Origin: Octopus bimaculoides
Taxonomy: Eukaryota
DNA length: 64,000 bases
Reading direction: 5' to 3'
NCBI RefSeq assembly: GCF_001194135.2
Contig: NC_068985.1
Coordinates: forward strand, 108,207,457 to 108,271,456
In this document: piece after piece, positions 49,101 to 58,783 of the stretch
Layout: each line of letters opens with the position of its first letter
How positions within the stretch are numbered: position 1 is the first letter of the stretch
Notes under the pieces: generated by a model
Databases searched by the model: none
What the model saw: only the letters and a program-made list of their open reading frames with translations
What the model was told of the DNA's origin: nothing
Made by a program: the position numbers and the translations under genes

Positions 49101-51437
49101 AGGCATCATCGTCGAGGTCTAATTTAAATACAGCGCCCACTGTGGAATAGCGAGAGGATGTATCAACATGAACGCGAGTAGAGTCTGAATTCCTTCGTAG
49201 TATATCCATTGTGATACTTGTATAGTTCATAGACATGCAAACCTAGGTGCAAAATAACTTTATTTTGTGTGCAGTTTTCAACGAAATGGGTGCCAGAGGC
49301 AGTTATTTGTCGAGGGAGTGAGGTAAATGAAACGTTAATAATAAAATATGTAGATATTTTAGTAAGATTTAGCCGAACGTCAAGTCGTACAAAACTTTAA
49401 ATAATTTTGTCAGGTGCTTATGTATATAATCAATTGGATTTATTATATTTAGCAAATAATCTTTCAATTCAGGCAGAAAAAAAAAAAAATTAAACTTATA
49501 AGGAATTTTAAAACGATCTTTTGTAAATGTTCTCTATAGTATATTTTTTCTGAAATAATCAGTACACCATGGGAATGATAAATGGTATTAGATTACACTA
49601 TAAATACCTCAAAGATGTAATAACTCTCATCTATCCAAACAAATTAGCATTGAAGCTGCAAATATTGCGCAAATATTCATGTAATAAATATATACGACGT
49701 GGTATGCAAAAGTAATCGGAAAGGTTCTCTGCGAGATAAGCCCGTTGTAGTTCAGGCTTCCGCCGCTAGAAGCCACTTGATGCGACCCTCAGGCATCAGT
49801 GTGCCGACCGGCGTCATCAGGTGGACTCATACTACCATGTGGTGAGTTTTTGTTTTGCAATGCTTCTTCCCTGTTCGTCGACTTTTGAGATGGCTGAAAC
49901 GAAGGAACAGCGTGCTTCCGAGAAATTCTATTCTCTGCTAGAGAAAACGGCCGCCGAAACAGTTCTAATGCTACAACCAGCTTACAAGGACAGTGCCATG
50001 AGCAAAGCACAGATTTACGAATGTTTTTCATACTTTAGTAATGGTCACTTGTCGCTTGAAGACCAACCTCGTTCAAGGCGACCGTCGACGAATGAAAACA
50101 TCACGAAAATCCATGAATCTATCTTGAAGAAATGTCGCCGAACAACTGACAAACTTGTTGATATGACTGGTGTGTCCTGAAACTCCTGCCGACGAATTTT
50201 GAGTGGCGAATTGAAAATGAAAAGAGTTGCAGCAAAAATTGTGCCTCACTTGCTCACGGAAGATCAAAAGCATTCACAACTGAATGTATGTCGTGAACTT
50301 AAAGAACAATTGGAAGTTGAACCGAACCTTTCTAAAGTAATCACTGGTAACGAAAGCTCGTGTTACGGTTACGACCCAGAAACGAAGCAGCAATCAAGCC
50401 AATGGAAGCATTCAATATCCTCACGCTCCCCAAAATTGCATCAAGTGAAGTCCAATGTCAAGACGATGCTGATTTGTTTCATCGATACGAAAGGAATTGG
50501 CCACACAGTATTTGTTTCTCCTGGTCAAACTGTTAACCAGATATTTTACTTGGCAGTTCTGAAGCAGTTGCGAGACGCGGTGAGACGTAAACGCCCCGAC
50601 TAATGGCAAAGTGGAGAGTGGTGGTTTCATCACGACAATGCACTTTCGCACACCGTTTTGAGTATCTGACAGTTTTTGATCAAACATAGCATGGCCCCGT
50701 TTACCCACCCTCCCTATTCATCCAATCTTGCTCCTTGCAACTTTTTTTGTTTCCCTGAATGAAAAAATCCTTAAAGAAAACCGTTTAGCAGATGTGGAAG
50801 AGGTGAAGAAAAAAAAAAACAAAAAAAAAAAAACGATAGAGGCGTTAAAAGCATCACTTCGCAAGAATTCTAGGACTGCTTCGAACAGTCGAAAACGCAT
50901 CTGGACCGATGCATTGTTTCAAATGGAGAATATTCTTGAAGGTGATAAATGTGTAAGCGGGTAAAAACTAACTGAGTAAAATAATATTGCAAAATTCCGA
51001 TTTTGGGTACTCCCTCGTAGTTAAATATTGCTAAGAAGCACGATAAAGCGCTTATTGTCTAACCTGATCATTAATAGGTTCATAATCATTGAATAGAAAA
51101 TGTTAGATTAAAAATTCGATATGATTTATAACAAGAGAATATTACTATAGCTTCAATAAACGAGTTCGATTTCTATTAGTTCTAACTATATGGCCTCGAA
51201 TGTCCGCTAGTTATCGAAATAAAATCTGCAATAAAAATTGATGTTGGAAAATGATAGAAACTATGATATTAAATCGCTCTCTTCAGAAATTACTGTAAAA
51301 TCAATAACACTAAATGATATTAAGATTTCTTTAAAATAATTATTATAATATTGACTTACTTGAACAGTTTCTCCATTGGCTGTTATCCCCAAATAATATA
51401 CAGCACCGAACATTACAAATAACAACCGCGAAGCCAT
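5302..51437 (-). CDS. ITIH: ITIH-like gene (signal peptide, duplicated VIT block, vWA, micro-exon linker, ITIH C-terminal-like domain); ~1049 aa if both VIT blocks, the five 15-nt exons and the 72-nt exon are used
   Basis: Hand-assembled GT-AG exons keep an open frame with consistent phases (3150 nt incl. stop). Motifs: LHIISDISYRIATTLVS (VIT), [25 protein letters not shown] (vWA), YNFVTPLTSMVVTK, DLCF..LLADEQAG, AGGIL. Family clear; subtype not assignable. Confidence 0.88.
5830..6096 (-). CDS. penultimate coding exon (VFVYGQVKNAPNTNCL...LHFNILRKFVPAGGIL)
   Basis: ttattctacag acceptor, 267 nt open, donor GTAAGT, phase 1-1; same length and boundaries as paralog exon 61737-62003. Confidence 0.85.
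6353..6457 (-). CDS. ITIH C-terminal-like domain exon (GVLLKPLNCSTDLCFTDSIQCRNQTEIFLLADEQAG)
   Basis: ttttccctttctag acceptor, 105 nt, donor GTACGA, phase 1-1; LCF...LL.D...G pattern of ITIH C-terminal domains. Confidence 0.8.
7263..7277 (-). CDS. 15-nt linker micro-exon (E-QSCQ)
   Basis: ttttttctctcttttgacag|AACAATCATGTCAAG|gttggg; phase 1-1; donor type as in exon 4. Confidence 0.5.
7519..8110. repeat. (CT)n, (TG)n, (TA)n, (CA)n compound microsatellites around a gap, with a SINE B 3' fragment
   Basis: Directly read. Similar tracts at 12506-12685, 18830-18897, 26713-26900, 32029-32116, 39744-39835, 57843-57924, 60449-60607 and 61386-61480. Confidence 0.9.
8197..8268 (-). CDS. 72-nt linker exon (VPAHTAHQKVLTTTRELPLFPHSP)
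   Basis: tttttttttag acceptor, CTG|gtaaga donor, open, phase 1-1; in-frame alternative cag acceptor 15 nt downstream. Confidence 0.55.
8412..8423 (-). CDS. weak candidate 12-nt micro-exon (V-PNY)
   Basis: tttag|TCCCGAATTATA|gtgagt with a poly-T tract ~12 nt upstream; phase 1-1. Confidence 0.2.
8622..8746 (+). mobile_element. Helitron Rep/Hel fragment
   Basis: TSYDALQYPLLFLNGEDGYYFGI..., then a frameshift into KAVSCMDF; matches the Helitron YDALQYPL.F..GEDG motif. Confidence 0.7.
8930..9258 (+). mobile_element. 3' end of a Tc1/mariner-like element
   Basis: RIQEVLNDISYDALQKVVHSILGSLRKLADTTGGYIE C-terminal remnant, ending accctg|ta next to the gap. Confidence 0.65.
10177..10480 (+). mobile_element. 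tRNA-type SINE family C
   Basis: gcaatgggccagtggttagg A-box, gtttcgattccc B-box, gagaactacgttaagggtacacgt tail. Confidence 0.85.
10850..12500. repeat. three related tandem intron units
   Basis: Recurring aattaattttgataaaa, aaccactga and atgtgttcagatattagttat blocks near 10880, 11415 and 12420. Confidence 0.8.
11337..11354 (-). CDS. candidate 18-nt linker micro-exon (D-PEPVI)
   Basis: Strong donor AG|gtgagt and long polypyrimidine tract, but AAG acceptor; phase 1-1. Confidence 0.35.
13230..16720 (-). mobile_element. decayed R4/Dong-like non-LTR retrotransposon (RT plus C-terminal restriction-like endonuclease)
   Basis: ORF remnants GPDG..YWIK, NYRPISCLP, WIDYCKAYD, RGIFQGDCLSPL, HLLFMDDLK, YKYL, and TLWDF...WIID.ACP...KE..KV.RY..L..E...VVPIIVGALG; stops and frameshifts. 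Confidence 0.88.
16725..16791. repeat. (ATT)n microsatellite
   Basis: Directly read; a second tract lies at 17136-17187. Confidence 0.95.
16883..17135 (-). mobile_element. 5'-truncated 3' end of a second R4/Dong-like LINE family
   Basis: AKRADYYLAQIPGNPKMAEVQKIVLMGTAHILRKILSM* plus 3' UTR, starting directly at a (TAA)n tract. Confidence 0.7.
17440..18830. repeat. tandem duplicated intron units (~17440-18200 and ~18490-18830)
   Basis: Shared tttaaacgctatctg...catacatggatacatctcagttaacaataactccgtattt and ttgcggtctatgtg...aaaatgagga. Confidence 0.8.
18211..18225 (-). CDS. 15-nt linker micro-exon M4 (D-TRKQ)
   Basis: ttttattacttttttag|ATACGCGTAAACAAG|gtatgt; phase 1-1; upstream intron resembles M2/M3. 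Confidence 0.68.
20239..20253 (-). CDS. 15-nt linker micro-exon M3 (A-IVIH)
   Basis: tttttgctttttcag|CGATAGTGATACATG|gtaagt; phase 1-1; flanks paralogous to M2. Confidence 0.7.
20725..21401 (-). mobile_element. internally deleted mariner element
   Basis: TIR tcaggtcatcccataagttct / agaacttatgggatgacctga, TA on both sides; transposase HTH remnant joined to a C-terminal EGIKKLVNRWKEVIDNQGKY. Confidence 0.9.
22469..22483 (-). CDS. 15-nt linker micro-exon M2 (R-FVNQ)
   Basis: ttattactttttcag|GATTTGTGAATCAAG|gtaagt; phase 1-1. Confidence 0.7.
22950..23400 (-). mobile_element. R4/Dong-like LINE endonuclease fragment
   Basis: TILWDYDFQTDRVIEHRRPNIVLL...IIDVAIPND...KEVEKITKYSELKVEI...VMPVVIGALG. 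Confidence 0.85.
23998..24012 (-). CDS. 15-nt linker micro-exon M1 (E-YLPS)
   Basis: tttctcttcctttgcag|AATACCTTCCTTCAC|gtaagt; phase 1-1. Confidence 0.65.
26124..26196 (-). CDS. ITIH-like exon 8 (YNFVTPLTSMVVTKYKVNEELFEE)
   Basis: tttttcacag acceptor, 73 nt, donor GTAATT, phase 0-1; hallmark FVTPLTSMVVTK. Confidence 0.92.
27845..28530 (-). CDS. ITIH-like exon 7, vWA second half and downstream region (TNINAALL...IIVFLTNGYPTEG...FFRKLATENGG...YFKGSELVVSG...LALK)
   Basis: ctcag acceptor, 686 nt open, donor GTGAGT, phase 1-0. Confidence 0.93.
28766..29065. repeat. compound (CAA)n/(ATA)n/(GAT/GAG)n microsatellite cluster
   Basis: Directly read; source of several low-complexity ORFs. Confidence 0.9.
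29664..29835 (+). mobile_element. SINE family A
   Basis: aaggtggcgagctggcagagttgttagc head. Confidence 0.8.
30309..30597 (-). CDS. ITIH-like exon 6, vWA start ([39 protein letters not shown]...)
   Basis: gcag acceptor, 289 nt, phase 0-1; DxSxS MIDAS motif. Confidence 0.95.
32291..32457 (-). CDS. ITIH-like exon 5, copy B (LDSALIEYISSREVYIKYNPSRKQQEE...YDVDRQNNSNLIY)
   Basis: cag acceptor, 167 nt, donor GTAAGT, phase 1-0; one codon longer than copy A. Confidence 0.9.
34090..34340 (-). CDS. ITIH-like exon 4, copy B
   Basis: 251 nt, 5 nt differences from copy A, same splice sites. Confidence 0.9.
34432..34542 (-). CDS. ITIH-like exon 3, copy B (EIDGHVTVGEVKEKSVAKDIYKYTSETGQSSGTVEV)
   Basis: 111 nt, same splice sites and phases as copy A. 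Confidence 0.9.
34601..35480 (-). mobile_element. Tc1/mariner-superfamily relic in intron 2 of unit B
   Basis: QQDSAPCHTSRMSQTWL and RLEAVLETEGGYFQ* on the minus strand; TA|cagcgg terminus; right limit approximate. Confidence 0.7.
35041..35114. repeat. 20-bp minisatellite, ~3.7 copies
   Basis: (t/c)ttcacatagacgttaccag repeated. Confidence 0.95.
35830..36055 (-). mobile_element. SINE family A (unit B only)
   Basis: Close match to the consensus; absent at the homologous position of unit A (~43560). Confidence 0.85.
37430..38185 (-). mobile_element. SINE family B, 3' part duplicated across a gap
   Basis: Reverse complement of the 53888-54310 consensus. Confidence 0.85.
38385..38542 (-). CDS. 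ITIH-like exon 2, copy B (NVNLKSLHVISDIKYRFATTLVSMKYYNP...)
   Basis: tttttttcag acceptor, 158 nt open, donor GTAAGT, phase 0-2. Confidence 0.9.
40230..40393 (-). CDS. ITIH-like exon 5, copy A (LDSALIKNISSREIYIKYNPSRKQQEE...YCVDRQYISNSLY)
   Basis: tag acceptor, 164 nt, donor GTAAGT, phase 1-0. Confidence 0.88.
41629..41831. mobile_element. solo LTR
   Basis: Termini tgttgtgtc...gacataaca (TG...CA), 5-bp TSD atatc on both sides, internal tataaata; absent from the paralogous intron in unit B. Confidence 0.75.
42244..42494 (-). CDS. ITIH-like exon 4, copy A (HRFTRAFDMSVNIEPQKYIVYNLTYQELLTRQ...DITVDK)
   Basis: ttttccag acceptor, 251 nt, donor GTTGGC, phase 2-1; F..SVNI..LTYQELL VIT motif. Confidence 0.9.
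42597..42707 (-). CDS. ITIH-like exon 3, copy A (EIDGHVTVGEVKEKSVAKDIYEKDVGKGKSSGYFEV)
   Basis: gcag acceptor, 111 nt, donor GTAATT, phase 2-2. Confidence 0.9.
42766..43200 (-). mobile_element. same Tc1/mariner relic in intron 2 of unit A, with an internal deletion of roughly 400 bp
   Basis: Nearly identical to 34601-34800, then jumps to the equivalent of ~35230. Confidence 0.65.
44279..44436 (-). CDS. ITIH-like exon 2, copy A (VIT: KANLESLHIISDISYRIATTLVSMKYYNP...)
   Basis: ttttcag acceptor, 158 nt open, donor GTAAGT, phase 0-2. Confidence 0.9.
44745..44965 (-). mobile_element. SINE family A
   Basis: Close match to the consensus. Confidence 0.85.
45335..47170 (+). mobile_element. degenerate Ty3/Gypsy LTR retrotransposon (putative 5' LTR, PBS, gag, protease, RT N-terminus), 3'-truncated
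   Basis: PBS TGGTGACCCCG at 45555-45565 (complementary to the tRNA-Trp 3' end), gag-like AKMWFSQLESYF, protease FLVDTGAS, RT-like AYHQIPV..EDIPKTAVTT..G.FEFLSMPFGLRNA; LTR limits uncertain. Confidence 0.88.
48259..48974. repeat. long imperfect inverted repeat
   Basis: 48259-48502 is the reverse complement of 48777-48974 (cgcttaggacagtatatacta... and atatttatggttaaggggaggtaataacca...). Confidence 0.85.
49693..51019 (+). mobile_element. full-length decayed mariner (D34D-type) transposon
   Basis: Degenerate tacga... TIRs; transposase remnants IVPHLLT, ITGNES, YDPETKQQSSQW, HHDNA, YSSNLAPCNF. Confidence 0.9.
51360..51437 (-). CDS. ITIH-like exon 1, signal peptide MASRLLFVMFGAVYYLGITANGETVQ
   Basis: ATG at 51437, hydrophobic 26 codons, donor CAA|GTAAGT, phase 0 matching exon 2. 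Confidence 0.75.
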
Positions 51438-51834
51438 TTTGTTAGCGCTTCTTTTAATTTCCTCTGTTTTCAAATATTTTCAAATATTTGTTTAAAGAAT
51501 TACTTTTCAAAACGTTAAAAAATATCACTAAACAGTGTGGTTAACAGTCAATAAATATATTTACATACAAACGAACACTTATACATACTGAATACGGATA
51601 TATAACATTCTTCTTATGAATCTCTTGTAAACCCTGAGTTATTTATATCGTGGAGTGAGGAAACTCAAACAGGATTTGTCAAGTTTAAATCCTGAAACAT
51701 AAGCAGTTATTAAATAAAATTCCTTAAGAACAGATTTCTCAATTGAAACCAATGGGATGGGTTAAATTCTGTTGTGCAGAAATATCTCAAATTACGTTTT
51801 AGGAATTATGTTAAACGAAAACGTGTACGCGCAC

Positions 51835-51874
<40 letters not shown>

Positions 51875-52069
51875 GAATAAAATGTTGTTGATGCCTTTTC
51901 GTATATATGCAAGACCGCAGCTTTAAAGCCGCGCGCTCGCGCGCGCGTGTGTGTATGGGTATGTTTGTGTGTGTNNNNNNNNNNNNNNNNNNNNNNNNNN
52001 NNNNNNNNNNNNNNNNNNNNNNNNNNNNNNNNNNNNNNNNNNNNNNNNNNNNNNNNNNNNNNNNNNNNN

Positions 52070-52109
<40 letters not shown>

Positions 52110-52479
52110 ATTATTTGTACTTCGGATATATGTCTATTGGTATGCCGATTAAAACTCATTTCCCGTTTGGGCTATCTGATGTCATCCACAGTGTTGATTT
52201 AGTTTATGACTGATGAGTGAAATGGATAATGGACTTAGTACGAATCGTTATTTTATACAATATGTATTGCGATTATTGTCACTTAATATATGCAACCATG
52301 AGTGTGTGTCTGTGTGCCACTGATGTATGTGAATGCGAAAATACAGCGATTCATATGGTGCGTGCGTGGATGAATAAATATTTAGATACACTTCATGAGG
52401 TGTGGTTACACACCTGGAGTATAGACGTTTACAAGTGGGCTCCTATGTGTAAATCGATATATAAATCATAAGGAGCACT

Positions 52480-52797
52480 CTGTCGTTTACGACGACAGAG
52501 GGTCCCAGCTGATCCGATCAACGGAACAGCCTGCTCATGAAATTAACGTGCAAGTGACTGAGCAATCCACAGACACGTGTACCCCCAACGTAGTTCTCGG
52601 GGAGACTCAGCATGACACATAGCGTCACAAGGCCGGCCCTTTGAAATACAGGTACTACTCATTTTTGCCAGCTGAGTGGACTGGTGCAACGTGAAATAAA
52701 GTGTCTTGCTCAAGGACACAACGCGTTGCCGGGAATTGAACTCACGACTTTACGATCGTGAGTCGAATGCCCTAACCACTAAGCCACGCGCCTTCAC
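52480..52797 (-). mobile_element. SINE with family C tail
   Basis: tggcttagtggttagg...gagttcaattccc head, same tail as family C. Confidence 0.8.
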
Positions 52798-53260
52798 ATA
52801 CATCGTAGATGCAAGTGAGAAATTCATACGAACGGGTCTATGTGCGTATACTTATATACGGGGCGCTGTGAGTGTAATATAGACACACACACATGCATAC
52901 ATACACACACACAAACGCACACATATGCATATGAAGATATGTACATGTATGTATGTATGTATGTTATCAATCAGTTTCATTTCTGTATTTCTTGTCCATA
53001 GAGAAAGAGCCGGACTCTAACATAGATTCAAGGCTCCTTCATTGGAACTTTTATCAACATCATCTAGGTATTTGTGCATATGTGTGTGTGTGCAGTATTT
53101 GGTGTTAGTGTATGCGCAGATTTGTATGTTTGTTTTATGGATGCGTTTTTATGTCTAGATGCATGCATATGTATTTATGTGCTAAATTTTTGGAAAGTTT
53201 TACATATCTTTACAGTTCCATTGATGGCTTGAATCTGTAGTCTTCTAATCAGCCTTTATG

Positions 53261-53292
<32 letters not shown>

Positions 53293-53572
53293 CATGTATG
53301 TATGTAAATACTTGTACATGCGAGTTTGGGGCGTGCCAACCCATCGTTAAATGTATGTATGAGTGTGCGTTTGTGTGTATATATACTAATACTTGTGTGC
53401 GATCGAGCGTGTCCGGCGAACCACCCACTAACGTGCTGGCTTAGTCATCTGTAACTGACTGTAGAATTTGCTACGCAGCGGAGAGCTAGATGCCATTTGT
53501 CTGTCTGCTTCTAATACGACCATAATGGTTGTTCACGACCACATTAAATGTCGTTCCCTTGGCGGCACGTGC

Positions 53573-53639
<67 letters not shown>

Positions 53640-53887
53640 CGTATGTGTACGCCTATATGTGTGCTATTGGTCAATTAGTGTATATCTATCCTTCTTTTAA
53701 CTTTTAATTCGTATCCTTTGGCAGATATCATTCTCCTTTATCATTTTAATTTATGTGATATATTCACTGTCAACTGTAGCCAGACCCATCTGCAGGTTAT
53801 AACCCCCAAATTATTCTACCCTCCGCCAGCGTATCCACATACGACGAGCGAGTACATGATGCCAAGTGGAACTCAGTATATGTAATA

Positions 53888-54070
53888 GGCGCAGGAGTGG
53901 CTGTGTGGTAAGCAGCTTGCTTACCAACCACATGGTTCCGGGTTCATTCCCACTGCATGGCACCTTGGGCAGGTCTCTTCTACTATAACCTCGGGCCGAC
54001 CAAAGCCTTGTGAGTGGATTTGGTAGACGGAAACTGAAAGAAGCCCGTCGTATATTTGTATATATACATA

Positions 54071-54101
<31 letters not shown>

Positions 54102-54310
54102 GTGTTTGTGTGTCTGTGTTTGTCCCCCCCCCACCATCGCTTAACAACCGACGCTGGTGAGTTTACGTCCCCGTTAACTAGCGGTTCAGCAAAAAGAGAG
54201 CGATAGAATAAGTACTAGGCTTACAAAGAATAAGTCCTGGGGTCGATTTTCTCGACTAAAGGCGGTGCTCCAGCATGGCCGCTGTCAAATTACTGAAACA
54301 AGTAAAAGAG
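53888..54310 (+). mobile_element. full-length tRNA-type SINE family B
   Basis: ggcgcaggagtggctgtgtggtaag A-box region, ggttc B-box, caccttgggc core-like motif, internal microsatellite, gtaaaagag tail. Confidence 0.9.
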
Positions 54311-55297
54311 GATTCCTTTTTACGCCAAACACCTCAGGTAACAGAGACTAAATTGATTGATGCGACACAACTAAATGCACAATACCCGTTAGGTACAGCT
54401 GCAGGATGTCGAAATGATCGTCTTGTTGAATAAAGATTCGTACTAAATCCATTTTCCGTTTTCCTCATATATATATATATATATATANNNNNNNNNNNNN
54501 NNNNNNNNNNNNNNNNNNNNNNNNNNNNNNNNNNNNNNNNNNNNNNNNNNNNNNNNNNNNNNNNNNNNNNNNNNNNNNNNNNNNNNNNNNNNNNNNNNNN
54601 NNNNNNNNNNNNNNNNNNNNNNNNNNNNNNNNNNNNNNNNNNNNNNNNNNNNNNNNNNNNNNNNNNNNNNNNNNNNNNNNNNNNNNNNNNNNNNNNNNNN
54701 NNNNNNNNNNNNNNNNNNNNNNNNNNNNNNNNNNNNNNNNNNNNNNNNNNNNNNNNNNNNNNNNNNNNNNNNNNNNNNNNNNNNNNNNNNNNNNNNNNNN
54801 NNNNNNNNNNNNNNNNNNNNNNNNNNNNNNNNNNNNNNNNNNNNNNNNNNNNNNNNNNNNNNNNNNNNNNNNNNNNNNNNNNNNNNNNNNNNNNNNNNNN
54901 NNNNNNNNNNNNNNNNNNNNNNNNNNNNNNNNNNNNNNNNNNNNNNNNNNNNNNNNNNNNNNNNNNNNNNNNNNNNNNNNNNNNNNNNNNNNNNNNNNNN
55001 NNNNNNNNNNNNNNNNNNNNNNNNNNNNNNNNNNNNNNNNNNNNNNNNNNNNNNNNNNNNNNNNNNNNNNNNNNNNNNNNNNNNNNNNNNNNNNNNNNNN
55101 NNNNNNNNNNNNNNNNNNNNNNNNNNNNNNNNNNNNNNNNNNNNNNNNNNNNNNNNNNNNNNNNNNNNNNNNNNNNNNNNNNNNNNNNNNNAAAATTTGT
55201 TGAAATTTGACATGGCCTTTATATTCTGCAACCCCGACAGGACTAATAACATTGACTATTGTGGATATATACATGGATCATTGTGAGATATATACAT

Positions 55298-55425
55298 AGG
55301 CGCAGACATGGCTGTGTGGTAAGAAGCTTGCTTCCCAACCATATGGTTCCCGGTTCAGTCCCACTGAGTGGCACCTTGAGTAAGTGTCTTCTCCTACAGC
55401 CTCGGGTAGATCAAAACCTTGCGAG

Positions 55426-55430
<5 letters not shown>
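55298..55430 (+). mobile_element. SINE family B, 5' half
   Basis: ggcgcagacatggctgtgtggtaagaagcttgc..., ends at (GA)n. Confidence 0.8.
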
Positions 55431-55462
<32 letters not shown>

Positions 55463-55992
55463 TTGGACTGTTGAGATCAGCAATAGAAGCAAATAGTTTC
55501 ACATTCGTGGTAAAGTTCACCTTATTCTGCGAATCTGTGGCCAATAGAGATTTCTCTTCATCTGCAGAACCCCCCAGCGACATTTTTATTTCTCTACATC
55601 TGCAGATGTAGAAAAATAAAATAGGTCACTTGTATGTGTATACTGATAGTGAGTGGGTGATGGGCGGAGTTCAACTTATCCAGACTGTCATACTTTATCC
55701 GATACGATTTATTATTGAATGTCGGAATATGTAGTATGTTACTCAAGCAAGACTAACAGTAATTTGGAACATTGATTCGTTTGTGGCCTCATGTCGTTCA
55801 CTGGCTATCCGGCGTGTCGCTGATAAGGTAGATCAGGGCTAACCCAGGCCTGCACAATAACAACAAAATTAACCGTAGCAACAATAACAACTATAACAAC
55901 AGCAACCGATTTACTTTTATGAATGTCACTTATCAAATGAATTAATCATCGATAAAAATATTTTCATGATAATGCATGAAAACACAAAAACA

Positions 55993-56357
55993 TCGCTTAC
56001 GACGTCGAGGGTTCCAGTTGATCCGATCAACGGAACAGCCTGCTCGTGAAATTAACGTGCAAGTGGCTGAGCACTCCACAGACACGTGTACCCTTAACGT
56101 AGTTCTCGGGGATATTCAGCGTGGCATAGTGTGACAAGGCTGACCCTTTGCATTACAGGCACAATAGAAACAGGAAGTAAGAGAAAGTTGTGGTGAAAGA
56201 GTACAGCAGGGTTCGCCATCATCCCCTGCCAGAGCTTCGTGGAGCTTTTAGGTGTTTTCGCTCAATAAACACTCACAACGCCCGGCCTGGGAATCGAAAC
56301 CGCGATCCTATGACCGCGAGTCCGCTGCCCTAACAACTAGACCATTGCGTCTCCACA
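55993..56357 (-). mobile_element. full-length SINE family C
   Basis: Reverse complement of 10177-10480 plus the complete tail. Confidence 0.88.
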
Positions 56358-56904
56358 CATCTTGGATTACGAATTATATAAATAGATTTTTGGGCGTTAT
56401 TTTTGTATGTAATTTGTAATGCATATCCCTTTTACTCTGCACATCATTCTGCTGTTTTCAGCAAAGTTGAATATTTGTTATAAATATTTAACTTTAGAAA
56501 TTCTTATAGATTTTTTTTTTTACAAAAGTCCCTGTCTGAGGGTNNNNNNNNNNNNNNNNNNNNNNNNNNNNNNNNNNNNNNNNNNNNNNNNNNNNNNNNN
56601 NNNNNNNNNNNNNNNNNNNNNNNNNNNNNNNNNNNNNNNNNNNNNNNNNNNNNNNNNNNNNNNNNNNNNNNNNNNNNNNNNNNNNNNNNNNNNNNNNNNN
56701 NNNNNNNNNNNNNNNNNNNNNNNNNNNNNNNNNNNNNNNNNNNNNNNNNNNNNNNNNNNNNGAAGTATATATCTTTTTATCATGGCTTAGTCTTTTGGAT
56801 TATTCAAGATCAAGTGAAAACCTTCCACCAAAATAGTAGATTATCTGAATGTTTTCTAAATATCTCATAATTTTTTAAATATCCACCTGAAATGCATTAC
56901 CCTC

Positions 56905-57318
56905 TTTACTCTTTTACTTGTTTCATTCATTTGAATGTGGCCATGCTGGAGCACTGCCTCTAGTCGAGCAAATCGACCCCAGGACTTATTCTTTGTAAGT
57001 CTAGTACTTATCTATCGGTCTCTTTTGCCGAACCGCTAAGTTACGGGGACGTAAACACATCAACATCGGTTGTCAAGCGATGTTGGTGGTGGTGAGGGGA
57101 CAAATACATACACACAAACATATACTTACACATACATATATATGTACATATATACGACGGGCTTCTTTCAGTTTTCGTCTACCAAATCCACTCACAAGGC
57201 TTTGGTCGGCCCGAGGCTATAGTAGAAGACACTTGCCCAAGGTGCCACGCAGTGGGACTGAACCCAGAACCATGTGGTTGATAAGCAAGCTACTTACCAC
57301 ACAACCACTCCTGCGCCT
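56905..57318 (-). mobile_element. full-length SINE family B
   Basis: Reverse complement of 53888-54310. Confidence 0.9.
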
Positions 57319-57841
57319 ATGTTGATGATCATTGAATATTGTTAATAGTTTTCTTGCCTCACATTGTCAGACCTGTAGCTTTGATTCTGTCCTCTCAATT
57401 ATATCTGATTCATACCTAATAATAAATACTACTCCCGAATTGATGGCTAATAATGTGTTACTACAGTTCAAGTTTGACATATCTTTTATTAATTTTCCTT
57501 TTGTACTCTTTTATAATTTTCCCGTTTCCTAAACTTGAATTTAATTATTTTCCGACTCAGTACAATGTATGATAATGCACGTGTATTTGTCGCCAATCAC
57601 TAGTAGGAAACGATCTGTCTTTAAAGAACATGTGTTGGCTGTCAGTGAAACAAACAAACAAACAAAAAAAGCTCTAAAAATTATGACTTGTTATCATTTA
57701 TGATTTATCACATTTTCTTAGAATGAGACAATAGGCTATAAGTAACAGGCTTAAGAAGGTTAAAACCTTTCAAAAACGGACAAAATGGATATTTTTATCA
57801 GTTGGGATCTGTACTAAAAGAGAGAAAGAATGCGAGAGAAA

Positions 57842-57928
<87 letters not shown>

Positions 57929-58783
57929 AATAGAGTATTTCATTTGGAACTTGCTTGAAAATGCTCTGGTTGGAAATAAGAAAGTAGATCCGTCAGAATC
58001 TCTTCTTATACTACACTCAAATGACCATAGAATTTTCATATGCAGGTAACTGTCTGATGCAAATATTGAGACAGGCTATCTTGAATGTGTCAACAAAATA
58101 TTGTTCTGCTGTTTGTATGATTAATGTGGTCGATAAACTGAAAGGGTGTTATTTATAAATCAATTTTTAATGAAGAGGCATTACAAGCAAGAGCATCCAA
58201 TAAGATTATTCTGCAAAGATGAGAATCTTTAAAGAAATATGAAGATTCAAGTGGTTGCAGTTCGGGAGATGAGAAGACTTACAAAGCTACCTCCTTGAAG
58301 ATTCAGGAGGTAGAGCATGTTATGCATAAGATTGATGTGCTTTAGGTTGTGTTGATTAGATACTCCAAAATAATTAGATACTGCGATGTCACGATAAAAA
58401 CATTTTTGTCTTTGTCGTGTGAGAAGTGATCTAGGCACTCGATGTCATGATCCCTTGTATGATTTTAGAGTGAGACAACATAATGTGCTCAATGCTCAAT
58501 ACTCAGTGAGAAATAATCGAGCAATTGTTGATGAATGTGAAAGTTCAGAATGTGATAAGCAAAACAGATGTATGCAGACAATAAGAAGAAAAATTGTGGA
58601 CTGCATTGAGAGTGAATCCTACGGTTAGACACACATTGAGAAAAAAATTATTAGGACAGTAGATATAGAGTAGGATATTTCCATCTCAAAAATCTATATA
58701 TACGTGTGGTTTTTCTCATAGTAGTCGCAGAGGCATCGAACTCAATAAACGTTTCGTATATCAGTCGTATAATTGCTTGCTGG

